Shown here in pieces: positions 1-14,200 of a stretch of DNA of 64,000 nucleotides. Made by a program: the position numbers and the translations under genes. Each line of letters starts with the position of its first letter. Position 1 is the stretch's first letter. Under the pieces are notes generated by a model. It worked only from the letters and a program-made list of their open reading frames with translations, was not told the DNA's origin and did no database searches. This stretch comes from Auanema rhodensis (lineage: Eukaryota > Animalia > Nematoda). The DNA lies in the NCBI GenBank assembly GCA_964057225.1, contig OZ059898.1:4526001-4590000 (forward strand), given 5' to 3'.

Positions 1-763
1 TTATTATTTCACTTCTTTTGCACTTATGCTCTCAAAATAATTGATCATTATAAGTTTTCTGGGCGGAGTTTTGAATCGGCCCACAACGTGTACTCATAAC
101 AAGAACGTGAAGCATTGACTCTGCGTCATTGATACAGCGAAGAAAATTTTTCCAGTCTGTCAATTTGCTTTATTTATTTTGCTTGTGATATGTGATTCAG
201 TTGTTTCTAATCTGCCCTAGCTTAGGCAGGCTGTATCATATTATCAATTACAACGTCTTTACACTGTTTAAGATGGGGTGGCTGTCCCAGCGGTGAGCTA
301 TTAGAGTTCTTTCCTTCTCTTTGTTCTTCTTGGGGCCGTTTCTTGTTAGTCACGCCTCTTCCTTCTGTGATCTTTTATTTCTCCTTCCGTAAGATTGTGT
401 TACTCTATAGAGGCCAGATGATTAGCCGCTTTTTTCATCTTTTCTCGTCTCCCTTTCTCTGTCTATTCGTTTGTCGTAGCAATCGATTCAACAAATCGAG
501 AGCGCTGGCGAGAGAGCGAGATAATAATGAAAAACATTTTTTCACTCTCCGTAGAGTGCATGTTCTGCCTTTAGCTGTATTTGCTCAATTTCCGCGTCAT
601 TGTTATTCAATTGATCCCATTGATATTCAGAGCCGTCCGTTTTCTCTTTGTTGTGCATCCACATTCGAGTTTTGTCGCGTATTATTTCCATGATGTAGGT
701 CTTCAGTTGATTAAGCCATGGTTGTCCACACATATACTTATCATATATGTACACATGTACACC

Positions 764-773
764 TATATATATA

Positions 774-833
<60 letters not shown>
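764..833. repeat. (TA)n microsatellite, one interruption
   Basis: Visible directly; it produces the spurious YIYIYI ORF at 581..871. Confidence 0.95.
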
Positions 834-838
<5 letters not shown>

Positions 839-3800
839 TATATGTATATATTTTCAACATACATCATTTGATTTGCTGTTACTGCTGGACATATCTTAGT
901 GCTTAGAAAAACCAGTTCTTTTCGTATCGACATTACTGTTTCTTCTGTTATCTTGCTTTGATGATGAACGTTTTTTTTCTAATTAACAAATCCTTAACGT
1001 CAATGACTTCAATTATTCAACGTGGTCTTGTCGTTCTTACCTCATTTTGTTGGTTGGTTATTGGTTGCAGCTTTGTTGCTTCGTTGTGCTTTGGTCCTAC
1101 TGCCTTCTTTTTCTGTTTGTTCTGAAGCCTATCCCATTTCAACCCATTCCCACGAGCTAACTACAGAGAATGAGAAGGACAACCGAATAGAGAAATGAGT
1201 GGGATATACACATCCCTGCTGCTCCCCCATTTATTCGATATTTCTTCTCATTATGCTTTCCTGTTCGATGTTCGTCATCTTTTTGTTCGACGCCGGGAAC
1301 CTAATTTTCGTTTGGGATTCTCTCTCACAGTTTTTTTCCGTTTGCAAACAGCGTTCCGTAGTAGCATCTTACTATCGTGCTCATCATTTGTCATTTTCGC
1401 TTTTCATTTTATACGTATTTTGTGCTTGTTTGAACTAATATTAATTATATCTTCATCTATATTTATAAATATCTATATTTCATCGCCTGATATATTCTCT
1501 TACTTTATTTGTTATTTGTTTGTATAAGTCAACAATTTTACACGTTCACTTTTAATTTGCTCATCGCAACGTTGGTAATTTCGGAAGTTTTCTTAATAAG
1601 TGAGTATGGCCGCCCATTTGGATGCGTACTCGTCATGTTTCCGTCAACCGACCTTCTCTGACCGGTCTCCAAGGTCACAAACTCTTTATCGAGGCCTCAT
1701 TTTCTCTCAACCTTCTCTCTAACGATTCAAATGTGGTAGAAAATTGATGTTGCATTAATGCGCCATTGACCGGCTTGTGGGTCTTCTTTCATCTGATAAA
1801 GAAGCAAAAGAGCATCATTTTTCTTTTTATCTTTCACACGCTGTTTCACTGTTATCTAAAAATTCCGGAATGTTTTTTATAGTATTGACAATCTTATCGC
1901 TGTAGTTGTCAACTTTTTTTATTAGCCGCTTCAATTTTCATCACGATTAATGTACTTGACTTGCTACGCTTTTACATATAATGAAAAATTGTTTATGACT
2001 AGTCATTGAACATTGAGCAGCTGAGGAAATATAACCCTTACTGTTGTTTTTTATTCATCGTCATCCTTATCTGGTAATGCTCGCTGTTCTAGCTTCTATT
2101 CTTTTTATTCTACTCGGTTTCTGCTCACCTGCCTGACACACGCACTCTCACGTCTGCTTTTTTCCCCGCCACACCACATGTCAAATATTTGTCGCAGCTG
2201 CAGCTGCTATGCTGCTGTTATGTCTGTCGCTAGTCAGTCTTGCTCTTGGGTCTACTCTGGCGCTCTCCTACGATGACAGCTTTCCGTTTTTCAGTTCAAC
2301 TACGAAGGGACTATGTCTTGCTTCCTTCCTCCCTTCTTTCATCATTCTTCTCACTAACTGCGAGCTCGGTCTTGTCGCCTTGTCGTCTCTGCTCGCTCCG
2401 TTCTCTGCTCTCTCCATTACTCTGTTTCTATTACAGCACTGCATTGGGCTGCTTCTTTCCTCTGAGTCTCTGCTGCTTGGCAAGCTGCCTAGAGGACGAT
2501 TGCCGGCTGTCCCTTGCCCTGTCCCGGCTCCCCCTTTTCCATTCTCACTCTCCTTCCTCTTCTATCCGCACATACACACAGCAACTATTGGCTGAAAGGC
2601 CACAACAGCCGGAGCGTCAGTCGGCTGACTGACTGAATGAATGACTTGGGTTGGCTTGGCTTGGTTGATTGACTGACTCGGCTCGTTCCCGCAAGTTCAT
2701 TATCCTCCCTCACTCGGATACCTCATTTTTCTTAAAAGCTAGAAAAACTTGTCTAAGTTGTATAACGCTACACACATTTTGTCATCTATGTTTTTGTCGT
2801 ACTCAATGCAATGTTTATCCTTCTTATTGGATGTATCGTGTAAGAACGTATAGATTTAAAGAATTATTCCTATTTCTGTACATCTTTTTGTGCACTAGCT
2901 ATTATTTGATTTCTATTGAAAACTAGCAGTTAATTTTCTGTTAAAGGTTACACTGTGGACTAATTTGTATGTTTCTAACTATTCGAGCTATAATTATTCT
3001 TTTTTTTCACTCTTATCTTCGCATTCGTTTTCTCTCAATGTTAGCAATGATTTTTGATAGAGTAATCGTCTCGTATCGTTTCACCTACGTTAGAGAATCT
3101 CTCTCGGTTCAATATCATTTTCATATATGAACAGGGAAGATTCGCTCATGCAAATTCTTATCTCTTATCTTTTCACCTTCGTTCTGTTTTATCTTCCGAT
3201 GCAATTGGGGATGCGGTTGGTTGATAATATTAGGTGCACGGATAAGAGGAACACGAAAGGGATTGACAATGTACAAATCAGCTCTCAAATTGATTTCTTC
3301 TGAGAGAAATGTCTAACTTTGCATTTACAAAATTTGCTTTTGTTTTTTTATGTTCATTATTGTTACTCCCTCTCATTCTTCATTGTCTCAATGCAAATCA
3401 TTTTTTTAATATTGATTTTTTTTTGGCGAAACTTCCTCAGTTTATTCATGTGTTTCCTAGTTTGTGAGTTGGGTTGTCCTAGCCATCCAGTCGTCCGAAC
3501 GCATTGATTGATTTGTCTGGTGTCTCGCATTCTCTTGTTCTCGCGCTCACGCTCGCTGTCTCTTGTTCCACCCTTGTTTACTCTTCGTTGCATGTCCGCG
3601 GTGCCCATGCTCTATTTATGATCATCACATGGTCGTTGTGGTCCTCGTCGGCTTCCCATAATATACGTGTTTCCAATTCACTTCCCTTCCCCATCCACAT
3701 TGATGGTCATTATCATCTCAACAACCCTTGTGCGTTCTCGGCACATAGCTTTCAAGATCCATTGAATCTATTAGCTATCATCTGTCCTCTTTACGTCTGT

Positions 3801-3893
3801 TCGTATTCTTCGATATTGACTCCTAAATTATTTTGATTTTATTTTTTTGAATTACATATTTCTTGAATTCATTAGTGTTTTGTTTAATTTCAG

Positions 3894-6800
3894 AAACCAC
3901 CAAAGGCCGCCCGAGGCCGAAAAATGAAAAGCCCCGGGTCTATGGCGGAGGGTTGCATCAAACGACCTGCCAGCCAAGCCCCATCTCCAGCTCCGCTAAA
4001 GGCACCTCGGCTGGACGATACATATCGGTACGTATCTTTAAGCGTTATTCTATTTACACTAAATATTGTTCCTCGATACTTATGATTTTTGCTCGTGTAT
4101 TATTTTCTATTGACAATCTTGGTCAATCTTTATATTTGTATACGTGTAGATGCAAGTATGTATCTATCTACAATACTATATTCGTATGCTTTTCATGAGA
4201 GTATTTTTCACTGTTATCTGTCCACTGTTTTTTTTCATTATAACAAACTTGGTATTGCCTGACCTTTTAAAACGATTATAAGCATTATTTCTATCCGGAT
4301 TTCTACTATGTATTAGAGAACACAGCCTTGGAGACCTGCGAAAGCAAGAAAATCTTATTCTATAATGCGTGGCTGCGCAATTTCGACGTTACACTGGGCA
4401 TCACCTTCGCTTTCACTCCGTGTTAGAAAGGAGAGATGGTCGGGAAGGAAAGGTGGATAGCAAGGTCGTATTAGTCGTCGTTTGGTATCGTTTGGTCAGC
4501 AGCGTCCAAAGTCTTCGTCATCTTCAACGACAACGACGACGTCAAAGTTGTTCTTAATCGTAGACAGCTCACCTATCATGCTAGGTCGGAGTGAACCATG
4601 TCTGTTTTGCGCGCACGACCGACTGCCCCTAATTGTACAAAAGCGCATTTCCATACAAATTTCAAGAAAAACATGCTTTGTATTAGCTATGCTCTGCGAG
4701 AAATGTGTGCATTTTGGGATTGAATATGTGGTTTACTATGTTGTTTCCATATAACTCTCATGTCTACTTGCGCGAATGGTTGTTATGAGGGCAGAATAAT
4801 AATTAATTTTAATGTTCAAAATTTCACTTTTTACTCAATTCGTTTTGTTTTTAATATAAATTTTTGCAGAAATGGCATTATTGGCATCGCAAAGTCTGAC
4901 AGTGCAAATGTTCCAATACCCAATCCTGCCACTACCCCAGGTGCTATTATTACTTCTGATTCTAAACCACTTCCTGCAGTGATTGAAAGTAAGTTTGAAC
5001 ATTTTACTTGTTTGTTTTTTGCGTTCATTTTTCTGTGATTTTTCGCCTTTTATGATCACTCTGTTGGTTTGCGCTCAAACTCGTTATCCTGTCATCTCCG
5101 ACCGGCTACGATTCTGGGGATGAGATCCATCTCGTTTTCACCCGTTCAACTCGGAGAGACGATTCAATTTATATGCTATGTTGATTCGTCTCTGCTGTCT
5201 CATCCTCGGGAGATCCTAGTTAAATTGAATATTGTTAGGCAAATGAGAAAAGAGGAGAGAAAATTTTTTAAAAATCTATTGGCCCATTGCAACAATAGTT
5301 TGTTTATTTCGAGCATTGTATTCTCTAACAGATCGGGCAAGTTCTGTCTGTTGTACTTTTACTCATTCTGCTTGAGCTAAAAGGAATGCTATTGTTTATC
5401 ACTTCCAACTTTTTATTATCAAAATGTTTCTGAGAAAAGATTTTTAGTAATTCAATCAATAGGAATTTTATCTATTGAAAGTCATAAATTTTCATTAGAA
5501 ACGTTGATAGAAAAAGCTTATTGAGAAAGAATAGGGTTGTCTTTCTTTCCTGTTTAGTAATCGTATTATGTCATGATGGATATACACATTACATTCCCAC
5601 CAAATACTATGTGTTAAGTATATGGCGTTATATTTATATTTAAGTTTTATAAAGAGCAGATTACACACCGAATAGTATGCTCTGGTTAGCGCGTTTTGCT
5701 GCTTTTCATTTTTATATTCCTATTCATATATGATCAAATAGCAATAAGGGAGTTTCGGGCTTTTATCTCTTTTAGTTCATCTTTTTTCCGAGATGTTCAT
5801 AGTTTGATCTAGAAAAGAGTATTGCTTGACTTATAATAAGCTTCATTCGTGGTATTACTAGTATTAATAACAAACCAGTTAATTAAGGTTGTTTCTTTGT
5901 AAGTAGTGGACGATATGCTTTCCTTGCCTCTAATTCCAATCATACCTTGCACCCAGCGGCACATGATTGAGAGTATTATTCAGTGGAGCTTAATCGCGTG
6001 TGTCGAGAGAAAAGCGCAACTGGACGACTAGCCAGTATAATGCTACTGAGATCTTGAATTCTTAGAATTATATTTTTCCCTAGGGGACCTGCACCCGAGT
6101 CTTGAATTAATTGGATTCCTCCGTGCTTAGGGTTCGTTTGAGCTGTACATGGTTTATAAAAGTCCTTTTTTCTCCCAATTCTAAAGGTTTGTAATTGCCT
6201 GGAAGATAATAAATGGGGGGGGGGGGGGGGGGGGGGAACAGTGTGCCAAAAGCATCAGCCATTCTCCGGGTGCCCCCCAGCGGTCTCTATATTGAAGGGA
6301 ATAGAACCAATAATTCATAGTGCTCTGGCTCGATTTGCCGCAAAGGCTATCCTTCTTTTCGACGCGTTTTGTTCCTTCTATTCGTTTGTTATCCTTTATT
6401 TTCAGATACTCATCCTGCTGATCCTAGTAATACTCCTATTTCTAATGGTATTCCTAATACTAGCTCGTTATCAACTTCTGTTCCTTCGGTATCACTTTTT
6501 GTGAATACATCTTCGGGGCCGGGTGCATCTACTTCAATGAACTCTGCCTTACAAGCAGGAAATGGATTATTAACCGCCCAAATGAGCCAAATTTTGCCTC
6601 AGCTGGACCCCGTACGATTGTTGCAACAAAATCCTACTTTAGCAGCAACCTTACAAAATTCTCTTCCTGCCCAACTCTTGTCAGGAGTGGCTGGAAGTGG
6701 AAACCAAGCTCTATTATTGCAATATCTTCAACAGGTTTGTTCAATTTCTTCATGCATTATTTTCCATAACGTAAAATTTTTCTTGTATTTCCCTATCAGT

Positions 6801-9800
6801 CATTCATTTCCTAATCATTATATCTTAGAATCAATATGTTCCTTTAACATCTTTTTTTTGATTATTGATTATTTTAAAAATCTGCGTCTTTTCACAGTAT
6901 CACTAATTCTAGTGCTGCATGTCATGAGAAAATCCATTCTTTGTTTGTTATTTCGGATATTTGAGCCGTCTCGCTCATCTTATCTGTTTACTGTGGCCGA
7001 CAAGCCACGTTTGATTTGTAATGCACTAGACACACACAACTTTATTTCTCCCATTGTTTCTCTCTGATCATCACTTGAACCACGAACTATTATTATTAGG
7101 AATTCACGCAGAATGGTCAAATTTAAATTTGCAGAAATACGCGTTTGCGTCAATTCATTCTAATTAAAGATACTCTGTACATATGAAAAAATTATTAATT
7201 TTCTGTACCTTATCTTAAACAAACAGACGTTTTATATCAACCATATCTTTCGTGATGCTATATTGTTATCGACAATCAGTTGATTTTGCGTCATTTTTCC
7301 AACTCTCATGAATAGTAAAATGGATACCTCTCACCCTTTCAAAACTTTTATGGACATTTGTTTTATTCTCTCGGGACCTACTTAGAAGTTACCATTTGTT
7401 TCGCAAGCAAATGTGTTCCAATGTAGTTAGAGGGACTTCTCTTCGCCAATGTTGTTGTCCACTTTCTATATGAGGACTAGTTAAGACACTAATTCAATGT
7501 TGTTCTATACAAATTCCTGTTCTTCATACACAGACAGATGGCGATGATTAGGGTGTGATTACTGAAGAAAACTTTTATCAGATATTGAAATTTATAAAAA
7601 ATTATACCCTCACATATTAGTATTACGGATCTTAACAATAGTTTTGCAAAAATAATTCTAATTCAATTTTAATTCTCGATATTACTATATCATATAAACC
7701 ATATAAATTACTATATTCTGGCTATGCAGTTTACAATAAGTTCTATATTTGAGTGTATATTGTATATACCTAAAAACTTGAGGGAAAAGTAAAAAGCTTG
7801 GAGAGATAGATGATTTAATCTGAATTTTATTATTTTTAATGAACAGACATTGTAATACTTCTGTTTTAATGTCAAAAACCTCTCCATATTTCGAGGTATG
7901 TCAAGTGCTTAAAATCTAATAAAAAAAGAGTAGGGTGGGTTAAGAAGGGTGATTCGAAAGGGCAAACAACTATTTTCGATTTCTGGTCGAATTGTGTAAA
8001 GTGAAGCAACGATCAATTCAAGTGCGAACATTAGATGAGAACTTGTAATTTTGTTACAAAGGGTTTCTCATATTTAGGTTACTCTATATCACTGATGATG
8101 ACATCCGTTTAGATTAATTTTCTTGTCATACACAAGATCTTTAAAATTTAGTAAAACCATTTTATAGAGTAGAAATTTTTTTTATATTGAATTTGTTAAC
8201 AACGAAGCAGGCCAATATGTACATAAGTATTTTAGATCTATGATCTAATGTGCATGAAAAACAGTTTAACTATATATTATCTGTGCTTCCGTTAAAAAAA
8301 TTCCTTTGACATAATAACAAAAGATTGGGTTCAAAAATAATGTTAAATATGAATGTGTTCATATTTCGTGTGTTCATGCTGATGTTTATACAGTCTCCTA
8401 ATTTGATGGGGAACTATTGTATTTCTTATTTGTCAGCACTATCTCTTTTAAGAGATAATTTTTATTAGTGATAATCTTTAATTGAGAGTTCAACTTTACA
8501 TAATCTGTTTTCATTGCTATTTGAATCATAGTTTTTGAGAACGAATTAGTCTATCCTATAGAACTTTTTGATTCAAATTTCTTAATGTAAATTCATTATC
8601 AAAATTAATTATGATAAGATTAAGCTTCTCTTTATTTGATGATTTTTCAGCAACAACAACAAGCTGCAAACCCGCAGAACGTTATTCTTCAACAAGCTGC
8701 TGCTGCTGCTGCTGGTTTGAATGCTGCTTCAACTGTTGGTTCAGGAGGTGCGCAAACCCCAGGAGCTAACCAGCTTCAGTTCCCAGCCAATGTCCCTCAA
8801 ATGGCTGGAGCAGCTTTATTAGGACGTGTGATGACAACGCCATTAGCTAAAGTTAGTTTTTTCTTTTTAAAATCTATTTTTAATTTTCATTTATCATAAA
8901 AATTTATCCGGAGCTTTCTATATTTGAACTAGTATTTGTTAATCATATACAACAGAGGCTGGTTTTTAAACTCATATATTATGCGAGTTCGGAAGTTTTT
9001 GTCGGCACTCGTTTTGCCTATGTCATGCTTTCTTCATTAGCTTGCATGCTCATTCAGTCGTGTTTGGTTCAGACCTTACTGTGACATTTATGCGCATCTA
9101 TCATTCATCAGCCTTCGCATACTTGAGAAGATCATGAAGTATTTATTAGCAGCTGATGCGTCTTGTCCATTTTTGCATACAAGCATAAGAAAAACGAGAC
9201 TACCCGTTCATAATGTGTTTCTTAGGGCAGAGGCTTGTATTTGAATCCAAATTTATTCGCAATTGAGTTATGCTTTTGCATAATATAGTAACGAATTGCC
9301 TGATATTGAATCATCTTATTTAGGAGAAACAATTTCAAGCTAATTTGATTAGATAATATTGTTTTATTTCTAGAAACCTAGTCGTTGGTCATCCATGCAT
9401 GTTAAACTGTGTCAAGACGTTCAAAATAGCAGGAATAAGCAACAAATGCTTGAGAACAAGCCTGCAGCTGAACAGAACAGAACTCCTCAACAGCAGCAAC
9501 ATGACATGCCTAAGGTTAGTTCATTCTTTTATTTTATATCATTATTTTAATTTTAGACACAAGCTGATGCTGCGCAGTTATTAGCTGCACAAGCTTTCTT
9601 ACAAAGAACCCAGCCGCCCCAAACTCTTCCATCTGTTTCTTCTGGAGGTCCTCCAGCGGGGTGAGATCTGATTTTCTATAATTTTTTGCAAGTGTCAGTC
9701 CTGTTTTTTATATTTTTTATTTTCTAGACTAGCCGGACTTCAACAACAAGCCCTGTTAGGATTAAACGCATTTTCCGTCCTACAAGATCTTCAAAGAAGG

Positions 9801-10543
9801 AATGCAGCGTACGTTTTTTTTCTATACCATTTATACTTTGCATTGCTTACAGAACGACACCAAAGCCTCCGACAACTTTGCCATTAACGCCTCAAAGGCC
9901 CCCATCTACAATACCCCGAACTGGTCTTCCCAATATGCCTTCCCTTACCTCAGGATTACCCATTCCCCAACAACAACCCAGTAGTACTATTTGTCCGTAT
10001 AAAATATTTCTCAATCTTTAATTTAGGTGCATTAAACTTACCAAATAACGCGGAAAATGCTTTAATTCAAGCTTATATTCAGCAACAGTTGGCTTTACAA
10101 CAAGTTAGTTTAAGCATAAATATGATTTACCTTTGTCTGAATTAGGTACGGGATCAACAGCAACAACAGCAGCAGCAGCAACAACAACAGCAACAACAAC
10201 AGCAACAACAACAGCAGCATCAGCAACAACAGCAGCAACAGCAACATCAGCAACAGCAACAAACTGCTCAATCTGTACTTCAGCAACATCAAGCTGCCGC
10301 TGCCTCAGCGCAGCAACAAGCCTCTGGCCAAGCCAACCAACTACCACCCGGGCTCACACAAGCTCAGCAAAGCTTGTTATTGCAGCAACCTCTCATGCGC
10401 TTTGATCCCTCCCTTCTACAGTTGCAAATGCTGAATCACCTTGATCCTTCACGGATTCAAGCTCAACAACAAGCTCAACAACAAGCACAACAACAGCAAC
10501 AGCAACAGCAGCAGCAGCAGCAGCAACAACAACAACAACAACA

Positions 10544-10603
<60 letters not shown>

Positions 10604-11244
10604 GCAGCAACATCAACAGCAACAGCAACAACAAGCTCAGTCACAAGTTCAACATTTACAATCTCAACATGCTTCTGGTCAACCTCAACCTGGAAATACA
10701 TTTGAGTTTATTCGTGCTCATATAGAACAACAGCATCAGCAACAACAACTATTGCTTGCCACTCAACAGTCTGCAAATGCAGTTGCTTCTGGCCAATCAA
10801 CGGGCGATCCTAATCGTGATGCCTTATTGCGTCAGCTTATGAACCATTCCCAACTCCAGCAGCATCAGCAGCAATCACAAGCACCACAAGGTCCGACACC
10901 TCAGCAGCAGCAGCAGGTACTAAAGAGTTATATCAAAATTATTACTTACGCTCTTATCTTACAGATCAATCAGTTGTTAGTAGCACAAAGGCTCGGCTTT
11001 CCTGGTTTACATGGTAGGAGTTCTTTCTCATTCTTCTCTCATTAAGCAGTTTACAGGACTACCTCAAAATCCCGGACTACCTTCTCAATCCAATTTGGGC
11101 CAATTAGGGCAACCTCAGCTGTTTCAACATAATTTGCTTGGTCTGATGCCTGGATTGTATAATAAAGCCACATTCCCTGCTGGAATTCAACAGATGGCTC
11201 AGCTTAAACGTGAAGGCCCGGATTCCATTCCTAATGGCCGATAG
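3894..11244 (+). CDS. Multi-exon glutamine-rich protein with an AUTS2/FBRSL1/Tay-bridge-like motif; 5' end possibly upstream
   Basis: Phase-consistent GT-AG exons at about 3894-4027, 4870-4988, 6406-6733, 8651-8850, 9374-9514, 9557-9660, 9728-9808, 9853-9980, 10027-10103, 10147-10916, 10964-11013 and 11057-11244. The first in-frame ATG is at 3924. The protein has polyQ tracts, the motif AKKPSRWSSMHVKLCQDV, and ends ...LKREGPDSIPNGR*. The gene model is solid; the family call is an inference from one motif. Confidence 0.8.
6215..6236 (+). repeat. G22 homopolymer (G-quadruplex-capable) in an intron
   Basis: 22 consecutive G in AT-rich intronic sequence. Confidence 0.9.
10156..10635 (+). repeat. 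CAA/CAG polyglutamine-coding repeats
   Basis: Two Q-rich blocks; the longest uninterrupted run is 10488-10610 (41 Gln codons, mixed CAA/CAG). Confidence 0.9.
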
Positions 11245-14200
11245 AGCACGGTCGTTTCCGTTTTGTGTTCGTAGACAGTAGTTATTGTTGCAACCTGTTG
11301 TTGTTATTCCTTTGGACTTAGCGTATGCTTCCACTACGGGTTTTTATTTTGCCTCGCGGGTAAAACTCCATTTTATTCATCTCTACGTCATGGGTCTACA
11401 GAGGGCAGGGCATTATTGTCACCCTGCACATTTTGGATATATTGTTTAGTTCTTTCTGGGTTTACAACCTTAGATTTATTCTTTAATTAGATTTCTTGTA
11501 CACCCAAAGAGAATACAGTTATGCTAAAGTTTATATTTTGCTTAAATATTATTTCTCTCAATTCCACTCAGCGAGTTTTTTCCTCATACAATCAAAAGAT
11601 CATGATTCTGAATTTTCTTTCCTAGTTTGTGCATTTTATTGTTTTATATTGAAATATCCCGTCTCTTCAATAGATCACAGATTCGAGGTGCGGGTTCGTA
11701 TTATTATGTCGATGCTGTATATTTTGTTTTTTTTATTTTAGTAAGTCATTAATTGCCATCAAGGCCCTCTGTCTATGAATGCCGGTTGAATGTCTAACCT
11801 CGCTTTATATATACATACATATGTGTATATATATATAAAGACATATATAATATATATATTTTTATATTTTCACAATGCTACTGTTCCATAATGTGTTCAT
11901 GGCCTACCCACTTATATGCTTCGTATTTATGTTTTATACATTTATTAAATATTGTTATCAAAACTTTTTTTTCATTAATCTGAGGCTGATCATTTATCTA
12001 CTCAAAGCAATATTTGAAGATAGGTTGACCTTACAGGTGTAAGGTGTATCTCTATTAAATGATTTAGAACTAGCATATCAGAAAATCATTGATTTTAAGA
12101 AAACTTTTTGAACCATATTCTCAATAGGTAATTGAAAACTAAGGATATTGGGAAGTAAGTTATTGAATTTAAACAGAGAAGTACTGTCATATACCTTTAA
12201 CATGTGCATGTTATTGACTTAATCATGATAAACTGATAATATAGTATCAATATTATCATGAATGAATCATTGGGCTCAGATCGTCCATTTAGTTTTATCG
12301 GATTATTCAAATAATAAAGAAAATAAGAATTGAATTTTATAATTAAACAACTTTCTAAAACTTTTTTTTCTAATGTTTTCCGTTTAACGCATTTTTATAT
12401 GCATTCAAATACTTGGAAATTATTTGTTTTTTCGCTTTAAAAAATATTTTTTTCTATATAATGTTATGTTTTCTTGAATTTGTTCTGCTATATTTTCTCT
12501 TTTTTACCATTACTATTTTGCTTCTTCCTCTACCATCCTCGTGTCTCACTCTATTTACTACTTCCTCGTTTACGTTTTGATTGTCATCGTCACAGTCTCA
12601 TTCAAAACGATCGATGCGTTGCATAGCATCAAACATTCTGAAGGTCAACATTAACTGAGACTTGCTCGTAACGAATGTGCCCGTACACGATTGAAATACC
12701 TTCACTGTACTTCACCGCGAGCGTTTTTCAACTGTTTGTAATCTCCATCTCTCTCTTTCGCTCTGTCTGTCTTTTTCTCCGATTTTCTTTTAACACAAAA
12801 GCTTTCAATTATGAGTTCACTTCCATCTTGTGTATTCATTTCTTTATATTTTAAAAGTTTATTTATCTTCTAAGAAAATCCTTCATTAACTTCTTTCTTC
12901 TCATTTTTCTCTTTTTGTTCTCCCGTTTTTTTTGGCTTTTATCAATTGAAATTATCGAAGTTCAGACAGACAAATGAGATCATTGCCAAACTTCATAAAC
13001 GTTGATTCAATTGAGAAAGTGAAAAGATATAACTATCTATGTAATACTCAAGGTCTTCCGCAGTCAATATTTAGTGTAAAAGTCGTACTCTTCATCTTTC
13101 TATTTGTTTAAAATTTTCGTTTAAGTTAATAGATGACTCATTTCATAACCTTCTTTGGTTCCTCAATTTAAATTATATTTTTTACAAAAAATGTTTACAC
13201 TTTTTCCTTCTGAATTCATGTTATTTTCTTATTATGCATCTGTTAATATCATGATGTCGACCAATTATTTTTTCTCTGCATGTATTTCTTTGTTTTTTTT
13301 TATTTTTATAGTTTTTTAATGTTTTTTTTTTTAATATTTTTCTTCTACTTATTCATACAATGTCATTCCTGTTCACTGTCTCCATGGCTAATATTAAATT
13401 TAATTATATGTTATTACAATCTTACATTTTACTACTTTGAAAACTTTTGTTAACAAAAAAGTTTATTTTATATTTTATCTAAACTCATATTTTTTTATGT
13501 TTGGTAAAGAAAAAAAAATAATCTCATAGCATTCTTAATAATATATTCAGTTTATGTCTATGATATTGTGCTTACGAGGATTCGGATGGTTTTTAGTTTA
13601 CATTATCTATGATGAAAGTATAATTTTTTTTACAGCATTTTTTATACCATTTTTCCTAGAATAAAACATTCTATATGTAAATCTGAATATTTTCTTGCCT
13701 ATTCGAACAATTATATCTCTATATGTATATACATCTTTATTATCAAATTTTTTAGACATATAATATATGAATACTGTTATTAATTCATTATATTTTTGTT
13801 TTATTCACGAAAAACTCTTTAAGTGTTCTCACCATCAATAATACTTGACAAATAGATTTTCTAGCTTCAGATAATTTTCCAGTTACTATCAAATCATTTT
13901 GTTGAACAAACAGTATCTTGCCTCATTCTCTAGCCATACTAAACAAACTTTACTGTTTTTTTCTATATAGCCCTTGTAGAAATTGATTCCTATCCTCAAA
14001 GTTTTAATTTTTTTCACTTGTTAATCATTCAGCTCGTTATCTTTGTGCTATAGTTTAATGTAGTTTTTTTTGTCCAATAATAGTTGATTGTATAGTTTTA
14101 AAGTAATTTTCCTGATATTATAACGTGATACAAGAAAAACTGCTTAATGATTACTTCCACACCAGGTTTATATAATAGTGATATGATGTTCTTTAATTCC

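Noticed and set aside
212-229. Imperfect palindrome containing one TTAGGC (nematode telomere unit), considered as a DNA-elimination or telomere-addition site
   Set aside because: A single hexamer with 14/18 symmetry, no telomeric array, and no way to test against a motif model here.
343-3836. Numerous 60-130 aa Leu/Ser/Phe-rich ORFs upstream of the polyQ gene
   Set aside because: They come from pyrimidine-rich non-coding sequence, many with non-ATG starts, and show no consistent exon chain or domain.
10105-10725. Poly-Leu, poly-Val/Ala, poly-Thr/Ala and poly-Asn/Ser ORFs
   Set aside because: These are alternative frames and strands of the CAA/CAG polyQ repeats.
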